Source: Gemmatimonadota bacterium | GTDB taxonomy: Bacteria > Gemmatimonadota > Gemmatimonadetes > Gemmatimonadales > GWC2-71-9 | NCBI GenBank assembly: GCA_036679605.1 | Contig: JAZDCZ010000289.1 | Location: forward strand, 1 to 64,000 | Direction: 5' to 3' | DNA length: 64,000 nucleotides | Shown: positions 43,613 through 52,257 of the stretch, one piece after another | Position numbering within the stretch: position 1 is the stretch's first letter | Layout of the letters: the number at the start of each line of letters is the position of its first letter | Notes under the pieces: generated by a model | What the model saw: only the letters and a program-made list of their open reading frames with translations | Told to the model about the DNA's origin: nothing | Databases searched by the model: none | Translations under genes and position numbers: made by a program

Positions 43613-46600
43613 GTGAGCGAACTCGAGTCCCGGCTACAAACAGCCGTTGGCGATACCTACCGCATCGAGAAGGAGCTGGGCGGCGGAGGGATGAGCCGCG
43701 TGTTCCTGGCCGAGGAGACTCGGCTAGGTCGCAAGGTCGTGATCAAGGTGCTGCCGCCCGAGATGTCTGCCGGTGTGAGCGTGGAACGGTTCGAGCGTGA
43801 GATCCGGCTAGCCGCCAAACTGCAGCACCCCCACATCGTGCCACTCCTTACGGCAGGATCTCGAGACGATCTGCTCTACTATGTGATGCCTTACATCGAG
43901 GGAGAGTCCCTGCGGGCCAAGCTGACCAGGGAGGGCGAGCTACCGATGGGCGAGTCACTCCGGATCTTGAGGGACGTGGCCGACGCCCTGGCGTACGCTC
44001 ATGAGCAGGGGGTGGTGCACCGCGACATCAAACCCGACAACGTGCTTTTATCCCGCAACCACGCGGTGGTTACGGACTTCGGAGTAGCCAAGGCTGTGAG
44101 CGCGTCCACTGGCGGTCAGTCGTTGACGTCAATGGGCATAGCGCTGGGCACGCCTGCGTACATGGCTCCGGAACAGGCAGCAGCAGACCCCCATGTGGAT
44201 CATCGTGCGGATCTGTATGCGCTGGGTGTGCTGGCCTACGAGATGTTGAGTGGCCGGCCGCCGTTTATGGGTCCCAATCCACAGGCGGTGTTGAGCGCCC
44301 ACATGACGTTGGCGCCCGATCCTGTTTCTGTGCACCGCTCGACAGTGTCCGCCGCTCTAAACGAACTCATTATGCGGTGCTTGGAGAAGAAGGCTGCCGA
44401 TCGGTGGCAGCGCGCGGACGACCTACGGGTGCAGTTCGAGGCGATGACGACGCCGAGTGGTGGCATGACGCCAACGGGTACGCAACCGGTGCCGGCGGTT
44501 TCCATTTCGTCAGCCGAGCGTGCGGCGCAGAACTCACATCCGATGCGAGTGTTGGGTTTGTTTGGCCTGGCCTCGGTGGGAGCCTTGGCGATTGTCTATT
44601 TCCTGGTGCAATTGATTGGGCTGCCGGACTGGGTGTTCTACGGGGCGATCGGCGTGCTGGCAGTCGGCTTACCCATCGTTCTCATGACCGGGCGTAGAGA
44701 GCGTCAGGTGGCGATGGCGACGATGACTGGCATGTCGTTGGCGACGCCGGTGGGCATGGAGCGGCACTTCACCTGGCGCAAGTCGCTTGTTGGAGGGGGG
44801 TTGGCGTTTGCCGGGCTAGGTGTGTTCGCCGCCATCTACATGGCAACGCGGACGCTGGGGATCGGGCCGGCCGCGACCCTAATGTCGACCGGGGCGTTCG
44901 GCCGGCGCGACTTGATTATTCTAGCGGCGTTCGAGAACCGGACGGCCGATTCCACCCTCGGCTCAACTGTCACGGAACTGCTTCGCATAAGTCTGTCGGG
45001 ATCGCCCGTGATCCGAATCGCCGATCCGGCGCGCCTCTCGGAGAGCCTCGCGCGCATGCAGCTCCCGCCGGGCGCCCGCATCGACGAGGTTGTCGCCCGC
45101 GAGATCGCCGAGCGGGAGAGTATCAAGGCGGTGATCGCCGGAGAAGTGGTGCCCTTGGGTGACGGCTACCTCGTCTCTGCCCGCATGGTCTCGGCGACCG
45201 GTGACGTGTTGACGGCACAGCAGGCGTCCGCTGCAGACGCGGGTAAACTTGTCGCGGCGGTCGACGATCTCTCCGGCAAGTTGCGCGAGCGCATCGGGGA
45301 GTCGTTGCGTACGATCCGCCGCACCCTTCCGCTCGAACTTGTGACCACGGGTTCGTTGCGTGCGCTCCGATTGTACGCTCAGGCCACGCAAGCCGAAGTC
45401 ACAGGCGATGACTATAGGGCGGTGGCATTGCTCGAGCAAGCCATTGCGGAAGACTCGCTGTTTGCGATGGCACACCGCAAGATCGCGACAGTTCTTGCGA
45501 ACAATTTCGAGCAGTTCGGGAGGGCGAGGGAGGCAGCGACTAGGGCCTACGAGCTACGCGACCGACTGACAGAGCTGGAGCGCGGCTACACGATCGCGCA
45601 ATACCACACCGATGTGACCGGCCGGCGCGAAGAGGCATTGGCTGCGTATCGGACCATCCTGGAACGCTATCCCGACGATCATCGGGCACTCAATAATTCG
45701 GGCGTGTTGTACTTCCAGCTCGGTGACGACGAACGAGCGAGAGATTTCTATCAACGCGCTTTGGACATCGATTCCACCTGGTCGGTGGGTTTCACGAACC
45801 TCGCTTGGGAGCAAAAGAACCTGGGCGACTTCGACGTTGCCCGGCAGACGCTGGATGCCATGCAGGAGCGATTCCCCGGCAATCCTCGGATCGAGAACGC
45901 TCGAGGCGTGCTTGCCATGGCGCAGACCGATTATGCGGGAGCACAGGATCACTGGACGAACGTCCTCGAGTCGCAAAGCGGAAATCTAGCTTGGCGAGCG
46001 GATGCGTCGCAGCAGCAGGCGATGTTGGCGGCAACTCAGGGGCAATACCGCAGGGGCGAGCAATATTTCGGAGATGCGCTGTCTGCCTTGCAACAGCGCG
46101 AGGTTTCGACCCAACGGCTGATCACGCAGTGGGAATTCGACAGACTGCTGGTGATGCCCGATCGCGCGGTACCCGAGCGGCTGCTGGAGGTCATCGCGCC
46201 CGCCGTAATGGATTCGCTGGCGGTTCCCGATCGATTGTACGAGTCGATCGTGCAATACTTTGCCCTGCGGGGCGATGCACAGCGTGCGGAGCAGTTCCTG
46301 CGGGACATGGAGCGATCCGGCTACCCAGAACTTGGACTCGCTATGCGGCGTGGCTTCGACCGGTCACGAGGATGGGCCGCAATCGCAGCGGGTGATACCG
46401 AACAGGGCCTGACGTATCTCCGTGCCGGTGTCGATGGCTTCGTCTGCGGGCCCTGTGCCAACGGGATGATGGCCATGGCGCACGACGCGGCCGGAAACGC
46501 AGACTCATCACTGGTGTATTGGGAAGCTTATCTACAGACCAATTGGGGCATACCAGGCATTGAATCGTGGGCCCGGCCGGCGGCATACCGGCGTCTCGGC

Positions 46601-46747
46601 GAGATCTACGAGGCGCGCGGCGACTCGGACAAGGCGGTCGAGTACTACGACAAGTTCGTGGATCTCTGGAAAGACGCGGACGCCGAACTACAACCGCAGG
46701 TCAAGGACGTGCGGGAGCGGATCGCCAGGTTAGTGGGGGAACGATAG
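43613..46747 (+). CDS. Ser/Thr kinase with TM helices, TolB-like domain and TPR repeats
   Basis: GGGGMS, HRDIKPDN, DFG, YMAPE; FENRT, VTT.SL.ALR.Y, TPRs, W.DADAELQP. Confidence 0.95.
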   Translation: MSELESRLQTAVGDTYRIEKELGGGGMSRVFLAEETRLGRKVVIKVLPPEMSAGVSVERFEREIRLAAKLQHPHIVPLLTAGSRDDLLYYVMPYIEGESLRAKLTREGELPMGESLRILRDVADALAYAHEQGVVHRDIKPDNVLLSRNHAVVTDFGVAKAVSASTGGQSLTSMGIALGTPAYMAPEQAAADPHVDHRADLYALGVLAYEMLSGRPPFMGPNPQAVLSAHMTLAPDPVSVHRSTVSAALNELIMRCLEKKAADRWQRADDLRVQFEAMTTPSGGMTPTGTQPVPAVSISSAERAAQNSHPMRVLGLFGLASVGALAIVYFLVQLIGLPDWVFYGAIGVLAVGLPIVLMTGRRERQVAMATMTGMSLATPVGMERHFTWRKSLVGGGLAFAGLGVFAAIYMATRTLGIGPAATLMSTGAFGRRDLIILAAFENRTADSTLGSTVTELLRISLSGSPVIRIADPARLSESLARMQLPPGARIDEVVAREIAERESIKAVIAGEVVPLGDGYLVSARMVSATGDVLTAQQASAADAGKLVAAVDDLSGKLRERIGESLRTIRRTLPLELVTTGSLRALRLYAQATQAEVTGDDYRAVALLEQAIAEDSLFAMAHRKIATVLANNFEQFGRAREAATRAYELRDRLTELERGYTIAQYHTDVTGRREEALAAYRTILERYPDDHRALNNSGVLYFQLGDDERARDFYQRALDIDSTWSVGFTNLAWEQKNLGDFDVARQTLDAMQERFPGNPRIENARGVLAMAQTDYAGAQDHWTNVLESQSGNLAWRADASQQQAMLAATQGQYRRGEQYFGDALSALQQREVSTQRLITQWEFDRLLVMPDRAVPERLLEVIAPAVMDSLAVPDRLYESIVQYFALRGDAQRAEQFLRDMERSGYPELGLAMRRGFDRSRGWAAIAAGDTEQGLTYLRAGVDGFVCGPCANGMMAMAHDAAGNADSSLVYWEAYLQTNWGIPGIESWARPAAYRRLGEIYEARGDSDKAVEYYDKFVDLWKDADAELQPQVKDVRERIARLVGER

Positions 46748-46769
46748 GGTCCGGTGACAAGGTGAACAA

Positions 46770-46790
46770 GCCCGCAGCGTTCTCGCGGGC
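46770..46790. terminator. Hairpin between convergent genes
   Basis: GCCCGC-9-GCGGGC. Confidence 0.35.
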
Positions 46791-46803
46791 GGTGATACAG
46801 TAG

Positions 46804-47406
46804 CTACTGCCTCACCCGGGAAAGGTACGTCCGCGCCACCTGAATGTGGTTTTCCGCGATCCTGAAGAAGGACTCAACCATCAGCTTCCGTGGCAGCGTT
46901 TCCTTGTTCGGGGTCTCCGGCACGTGTCTCAACTGTTCCAGGGCTTCCGTCAGTCGTTGGTGGGCTAGCCTGAGGTTCTTGTCGCTGGCGGAGTCGAGAC
47001 CATCGACAAACGGACTGCCGGCTCCGTCTAGTTCGGTTAGCCAGTCTTTCGACCATAGGTGCCACTCCCGGACTAGCTCACTCATGTCCGGGGATCCTGG
47101 TGCCGTTTCCGAGCCCCGCTCCTCGATACGGAGAGCGTTCTGTAGGCCAGCCGCCCTCATTGCGTCGAGCTTGTCGGCCCATCGAGCCATGTTTCGTATC
47201 GGTGCCAGCTTGGCGTCGACGTCTGATGGTGCTGAGTGAATGGGATCCGCAGCCGGTGCTGATTCTGAGTGCCGGGACAGGAACAGCGGAATCGATACCG
47301 CCAGAGCGAGCGCGGCGAGCAGCAGGAGCGACAGTTTTCCCGGCGATATCGCACCGGATTCGTCGTTGGGTACGTAATGTCTGAGAGGTACTGTGAGCTT
47401 TGTCAT
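46804..47406 (-). CDS. Hypothetical membrane-anchored helical protein
   Basis: 200 aa with one TM; TATTTT 6 nt before the ATG. Confidence 0.6.
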   Translation of the reverse strand: MTKLTVPLRHYVPNDESGAISPGKLSLLLLAALALAVSIPLFLSRHSESAPAADPIHSAPSDVDAKLAPIRNMARWADKLDAMRAAGLQNALRIEERGSETAPGSPDMSELVREWHLWSKDWLTELDGAGSPFVDGLDSASDKNLRLAHQRLTEALEQLRHVPETPNKETLPRKLMVESFFRIAENHIQVARTYLSRVRQ

Positions 47407-47447
47407 GGAGAGAAAATACTATAGCGCGTTCAGGAAATGCAGGTCAC

Positions 47448-48092
47448 TTACTGATTGAGAAGTTCGGTTACCTCAAAGTAATAGCCGCCCTCGATGCAAC
47501 TGGCTAGGTCACTCAGGTACTGGCAAAACTTTTCCCGGGTAACACCTGAATGGATCTTGGCAACGATCGGCCAGCGTGAAGCCGCGTAGTCTTCATCGAC
47601 CGATCCGGAAATGGCGGTACCTCCCTCGATCTTTCCGTAGAAACTATCTCCCGCCCAGTTCTTCGCTTCGTCGGCGAGATAGATCCCACACCGAGGACCG
47701 TGTCCCGGAAACGAACGATCGCCAGTGCCGGCGGTTTGCTCGATGCTCCGCCGGGGTTCAGTTTCAGCCGGGCTGGAGATGCCCGGAACCACAGTGCCGG
47801 TCCATCTCCAATAGATCGCCGAGCCGATGTTGGGGTCCATGAAGAACCCTTCTCCCGTTGCCTCCAAGAGTCTTCTGAGATACCAGGCGAGCTTTTCGGC
47901 AGTTACGGATGCTTGGGCTTTGATGGTGATTGGCCACTTACAGTCGGCGAAGTCTTCGCCTATGGAAGCTGTTATGATCGGAAAGTCGGAAGCGGGCTCC
48001 GTTTTGCCACGTTCCACGGCATAGGGGTCCTCCATTCCCATCGTATAGATACCGCAAATCCGTCCCATTCCGGTAAGCGACCGTCTTGCCAT
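47448..48092 (-). CDS. Hypothetical protein with an internally duplicated domain
   Basis: Two copies of CGIY...S..ED.A...WPI......VT.EK...YL..L.....G.F/Y; SD AAGGAGGT. Confidence 0.7.
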   Translation of the reverse strand: MARRSLTGMGRICGIYTMGMEDPYAVERGKTEPASDFPIITASIGEDFADCKWPITIKAQASVTAEKLAWYLRRLLEATGEGFFMDPNIGSAIYWRWTGTVVPGISSPAETEPRRSIEQTAGTGDRSFPGHGPRCGIYLADEAKNWAGDSFYGKIEGGTAISGSVDEDYAASRWPIVAKIHSGVTREKFCQYLSDLASCIEGGYYFEVTELLNQ

Positions 48093-48211
48093 GGTCGTCA
48101 ACCTCCTTTGAAGGAGCGCCCCACTGTATATAGGGAGTTTTACCTCAGTTCACCAGATCTTGTAGAATCTACCGCTTTCATGACCGACGTGGTCGGTTAG
48201 GTTGTGTCATA

Positions 48212-48910
48212 ATGTCTACGCCTGCCAAATACCGTCGAGCCGCTTGGTTCGGGCTTTCGAAACAAGTCGCTTCCAGCGAGTGGGACGGTCTCCTTTGGGG
48301 CTGTGCTGCAGTCTCGCTCTTGGGGATCGTGTTGACCAAGTTTGTGCCGGCAGCAAGTAAGCTCGCTGTACTATTCTCAGTCACATTACTTGCGAACGGG
48401 CCTTATGGTGCATTCATACCGGCGGCGCAGGAAGCAATTGTAATGGTATTCGCGAGGCTATATCACCCGGCGGTCGTGGCCTTGGTTGCGACTATCGGCG
48501 CGACCGCGGTCGAGTATGTTAACTATCGGCTTTTCACGGCGGCCGTCCACTCGCAATATCTCGTGAAGATGCGCCGCTCCGCACAGTGGCGCAGAGTGGT
48601 TGGTTGGTTTGAGATCCAACCGTTCACCGCCGTGTTTGTGACCGCACTAGTGCCCATTCCGTTTGTACTTGCTCGTATCGTTGCGACCGCTGCGCGGTAT
48701 CCGGTAGCTCGGTTTCTGACGGCTAATGCGCTGGCTAGATTTCCGCGATTCTGGTTGTATGGGGCCTTGGGTGTCATGATACCTCTCAGCACTCTAGGGC
48801 TCACCATAGCAGGACTCGGTTTTTCTGTGGTGCTCGGATTTGGGATCTGGTGGCGTCGCTATAGACGACCGGCAAATTCTTTGGAGAGAGCGCTCCCGGT
48901 GCTCGACTAA
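48212..48910 (+). CDS. VTT/DedA (SNARE-associated) family membrane protein
   Basis: Hydrophobic; AL.PIPF...RI.A....YP...F..A..LARFPR. Confidence 0.75.
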   Translation: MSTPAKYRRAAWFGLSKQVASSEWDGLLWGCAAVSLLGIVLTKFVPAASKLAVLFSVTLLANGPYGAFIPAAQEAIVMVFARLYHPAVVALVATIGATAVEYVNYRLFTAAVHSQYLVKMRRSAQWRRVVGWFEIQPFTAVFVTALVPIPFVLARIVATAARYPVARFLTANALARFPRFWLYGALGVMIPLSTLGLTIAGLGFSVVLGFGIWWRRYRRPANSLERALPVLD

Positions 48911-48973
48911 CCCAGGGTGCCCTTCCCTGGTTACGTGGGCTCCAAGAGATGATTTGGAGTCGAGGAGAGACTA

Positions 48974-49429
48974 ATGACCATGACTCGTTTTGGATTGCTA
49001 TTTGTGGGTACACTTGCGACGGCCGCCCTTGCCTGCGCTGGTGACGGGACCAGCGGTCCGCCGGACGATAACGGGAACGGGAATAACGGGGATGGGACAG
49101 TAAGTTTTGCTGCTTCGGTGCAGCCGATTTTCACCGCAAGCTGTGCACTGTCCGGATGTCACGCGGGACTGACTCCTCAGGTGGGGCAAAACCTGAGCCA
49201 AGGACAGGCGTTCTCGAACATCGTAAGCGTGCCCGCCGTCGAGGTACCGGGACTGATGCGAGTGCGTCCCAATTCACCGGATTCCAGTTATTTGGTCCAC
49301 AAGATTCAGGGCACTCAGGGTACTGTGGGAGGATCGGGTGCCCGCATGCCCCTTACCGGTTGCTGTCTGGACCAGGCGCAGATCGATATCATTCGCACGT
49401 GGATTAGCCAGGGCGCCGTCAACAATTGA
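48974..49429 (+). CDS. Lipoprotein with atypical CxxxxCH cytochrome c-like domain
   Basis: ALAC lipobox; VSF...VQPIF...CALSGCH, V.P..P.SSYL..KI.G, RMP, IR.WI.QGA. Confidence 0.75.
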   Translation: MTMTRFGLLFVGTLATAALACAGDGTSGPPDDNGNGNNGDGTVSFAASVQPIFTASCALSGCHAGLTPQVGQNLSQGQAFSNIVSVPAVEVPGLMRVRPNSPDSSYLVHKIQGTQGTVGGSGARMPLTGCCLDQAQIDIIRTWISQGAVNN

Positions 49430-49484
49430 CAAATGTAGTGCTGCGGTGCCCTTTCGCTGGTAACACTGTCCAAGGGGATTCCTA

Positions 49485-50570
49485 ATGGAGACAAGGAGTT
49501 CGAGTTTAGCTGCCGTAGTTGTCATCGTCGCCACTTTTTGCATGACTGACCTGCATGCAAGGGAGACGGAGCCGTACCTGGCGCTGCGAACAGGTCTAAA
49601 GTGCTCGCAGTGCCACGTGAATCGAACCGGGGGTGGGGGGCGGTCAGACTTTGGCAGCGCATGGGCGCAGACCGTCCTGCCGCTTCGCACGGTGGGAATT
49701 AGGAGCCGGTCGATCAATGATTGGATCTCAGTCGGTATGGATCTGCGCTACCGTGCGCGAGCCACGGTCACAGACGCCACGCCTCGCAGCGATCTAGGAT
49801 TGAGCGAGGCCCAGCTCCAGCTAGAGGGCAAGCTCATACCCGACCGTCTGTCGTTTTACATCGATGAGAAGTTGGGTCCGAATGGGGCGGACGCACGAGA
49901 ACTTTTTGTGCTGGTCGAGCAGTTGCCACTCAATGGCTATGCGAAGGTCGGAAAGTTCATGCTTCCCTTTGGATGGCGGCTGTGGGACGACGACGCTTTC
50001 ATTCGTGCACAGACGGGCTTCACCTACCAGACCCCGGATCAAGGAGTCGAAGTGGGCTTCGAGCCTGGTCCGCTCTCTTTTTCCGTGGCGCTATCGAACG
50101 GCAACCAGGGAGGTGTAGAGAACGACAGCGAGAAGCAGATCACGTCAAGCGCAGCGTTGATCTATCGGCGATTTCGGTTTGGTGGATCTGTATCGCACAA
50201 CAGTACGTCAACCAGTAGACGTAACGTTTTCGGTGGCTTCGGGGGGTTCAACGTCGGTCGCCTGGTCGTGTTGGGGGAGGCCGACTGGGTCCAGGATTCG
50301 TTTGATGGAGCGGCTGACGTCGACCAGTTCGTTGGATACATAGAAGGAGATTATCTTGCTACAAAGGGTGTCAACGCCAAAGTAACCTACGGCTTTCACG
50401 ATCCGAGCAGGGACATATCCGACAACCAACGAATAAGAATGAGGTTTGGGCTAGAGACGTTTCCGGTGACCTTCGTGCAGTTGTCCGCGTTCTACACCTT
50501 GCTAGATGATATTCCCCAGGTTACAACAGATGTGGACGTCGTGAGTGTAGAGCTGCATGTGCATTTCTAG
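49485..50570 (+). CDS. Fused monoheme cytochrome-porin (Cyc2-like architecture)
   Basis: Signal peptide, EPYLA.RTG.KCSQCH near the N-terminus, amphipathic beta strands, C-terminal Phe. Confidence 0.7.
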   Translation: METRSSSLAAVVVIVATFCMTDLHARETEPYLALRTGLKCSQCHVNRTGGGGRSDFGSAWAQTVLPLRTVGIRSRSINDWISVGMDLRYRARATVTDATPRSDLGLSEAQLQLEGKLIPDRLSFYIDEKLGPNGADARELFVLVEQLPLNGYAKVGKFMLPFGWRLWDDDAFIRAQTGFTYQTPDQGVEVGFEPGPLSFSVALSNGNQGGVENDSEKQITSSAALIYRRFRFGGSVSHNSTSTSRRNVFGGFGGFNVGRLVVLGEADWVQDSFDGAADVDQFVGYIEGDYLATKGVNAKVTYGFHDPSRDISDNQRIRMRFGLETFPVTFVQLSAFYTLLDDIPQVTTDVDVVSVELHVHF

Positions 50571-50628
50571 GGGCGTTGCTCTACCACCGCTGTTACATTG
50601 TTGCCGTCGAATCTAGGAGCCCGAACTT

Positions 50629-52257
50629 ATGAACGGTTGTTTTCAAACTCCGATCCCAGTCAACGAGCCGGTGCGCTCCTACCTGCCAGGCACGCCGGAA
50701 CGAACGGCGATCAAGACAAGACTGAAAGAGATGGAGTCGCAGGAGATCGAGATCCCTTTGTTGATAGGCGGCAAGGAGATCCACACTAGAAAAACATCCA
50801 CGAATGTAATTCCGCATCGTCACTCACACTCTCTTGCCAAGTGGCACTGGGCAGGGTCTGCGGAAGTGAAGAGCGCCATCAAAGCCGCTAAGAAGGCTCA
50901 ACTAGAGTGGGCATTATGGTCGTTCGAAGAGAGAGCGAGCGTGTTCTTGAGGGCGGCGGATTTGTTGGCCAGCACGTGGAGAGACACTTTGAATGCAGCA
51001 ACGATGCTGTGTCAGAGCAAGACCGTGCATCAAGCTGAGATAGATGCCGCCTGTGAGCTGATCGATTTCCTCCGCTTCAACGTCCAGTTCGCCGAACGTC
51101 TCTACGAAGACCAGCCGATATCGTCTCCTGGGATGTGGAATCGAATGGACTACCGTCCCCTCGAAGGATTTGTCTATGCAATCACTCCGTTTAACTTCAC
51201 ATCCATAGCTGGGAATCTTCCTACCGCCCCAGCCCTCATGGGCAACACCGTTATCTGGAAGCCGTCGAGGACTACCGTGCTCAGCGGGTACTACCTAGCA
51301 CGTCTCTTTGAGGCGGCTGGTATGCCGCCGGGCGTAATCAACTTCATTCCCGGCGAATCGCGCGACATAACGGAGGTTGCTCTCACACATCCTGATTTCG
51401 CCGGCATTCATTTCACGGGATCTACCTCGGTGTTTCAACAGTTTTGGCACACCATCGGAGCGAATATCCAGAACTATCGCTCCTACCCGCGCATAGTTGG
51501 TGAGACGGGTGGAAAGGATTTCATCGTTGCGCACGCCAGCGCCGATGCAGACGCGCTTGTTACGGCGATAGTGCGGGGTGCGTTCGAGTACCAGGGCCAG
51601 AAATGCAGTGCTGCGTCGCGGGTCTACATCCCGGACGTGTTGTGGAAGGGAATAAAGGATCGCTTGATCGCCCAGACCGAAGAACTGACGATGGGAGACG
51701 TCACTGACTTCAGAAATTTCTTGGGAGCCGTAATAGATGCGAACGCATTCAAGAAAATCACGGAGTATATAGAAGGTGTGCGGACTTCGAGTGATGCGGA
51801 AATCCTTGTCGGCGGAGATTCCGACGACAGTGAAGGATTTTTCGTTAGCCCGACCGTCGTGCTGGCCGACAAACCAGACTACCGCACCATGTGTGAGGAG
51901 ATATTTGGCCCGGTAGTGAGCGTGTACATCTATCCCGAAAAGAAATGGAAGCAAGTGCTGGAATTGGTGGATACGACTTCGCAGTACGCACTGACAGGAG
52001 CTGTTTTTGCGGGCGACAGAGATGCTGTGAGGGAGGCCGGGGTGGCATTGCGAAACGCTGCAGGCAACTTCTACATAAACGACAAACCTACCGGAGCCGT
52101 TGTAGGACAACAGCCATTCGGCGGCGCGCGCGCTAGCGGAACAAACGACAAGGCCGGATCGATGCTGAATTTGGTTAGGTGGGTGTCGGCGAGGACCATA
52201 AAGGAAACGTTTGTCCCTCCGACAGACTGGAAGTATCCCTTCATGAGTGCGGAGTAA
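50629..52257 (+). CDS. pruA: L-glutamate gamma-semialdehyde (P5C) dehydrogenase
   Basis: NEPV..Y.PG, AEIDAACELIDF, PFNFTSIAGNL, FTGST, GETGGKDF, EYQGQKCSA, QQPFGGARASGTNDKAG. Confidence 0.97.
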   Translation: MNGCFQTPIPVNEPVRSYLPGTPERTAIKTRLKEMESQEIEIPLLIGGKEIHTRKTSTNVIPHRHSHSLAKWHWAGSAEVKSAIKAAKKAQLEWALWSFEERASVFLRAADLLASTWRDTLNAATMLCQSKTVHQAEIDAACELIDFLRFNVQFAERLYEDQPISSPGMWNRMDYRPLEGFVYAITPFNFTSIAGNLPTAPALMGNTVIWKPSRTTVLSGYYLARLFEAAGMPPGVINFIPGESRDITEVALTHPDFAGIHFTGSTSVFQQFWHTIGANIQNYRSYPRIVGETGGKDFIVAHASADADALVTAIVRGAFEYQGQKCSAASRVYIPDVLWKGIKDRLIAQTEELTMGDVTDFRNFLGAVIDANAFKKITEYIEGVRTSSDAEILVGGDSDDSEGFFVSPTVVLADKPDYRTMCEEIFGPVVSVYIYPEKKWKQVLELVDTTSQYALTGAVFAGDRDAVREAGVALRNAAGNFYINDKPTGAVVGQQPFGGARASGTNDKAGSMLNLVRWVSARTIKETFVPPTDWKYPFMSAE

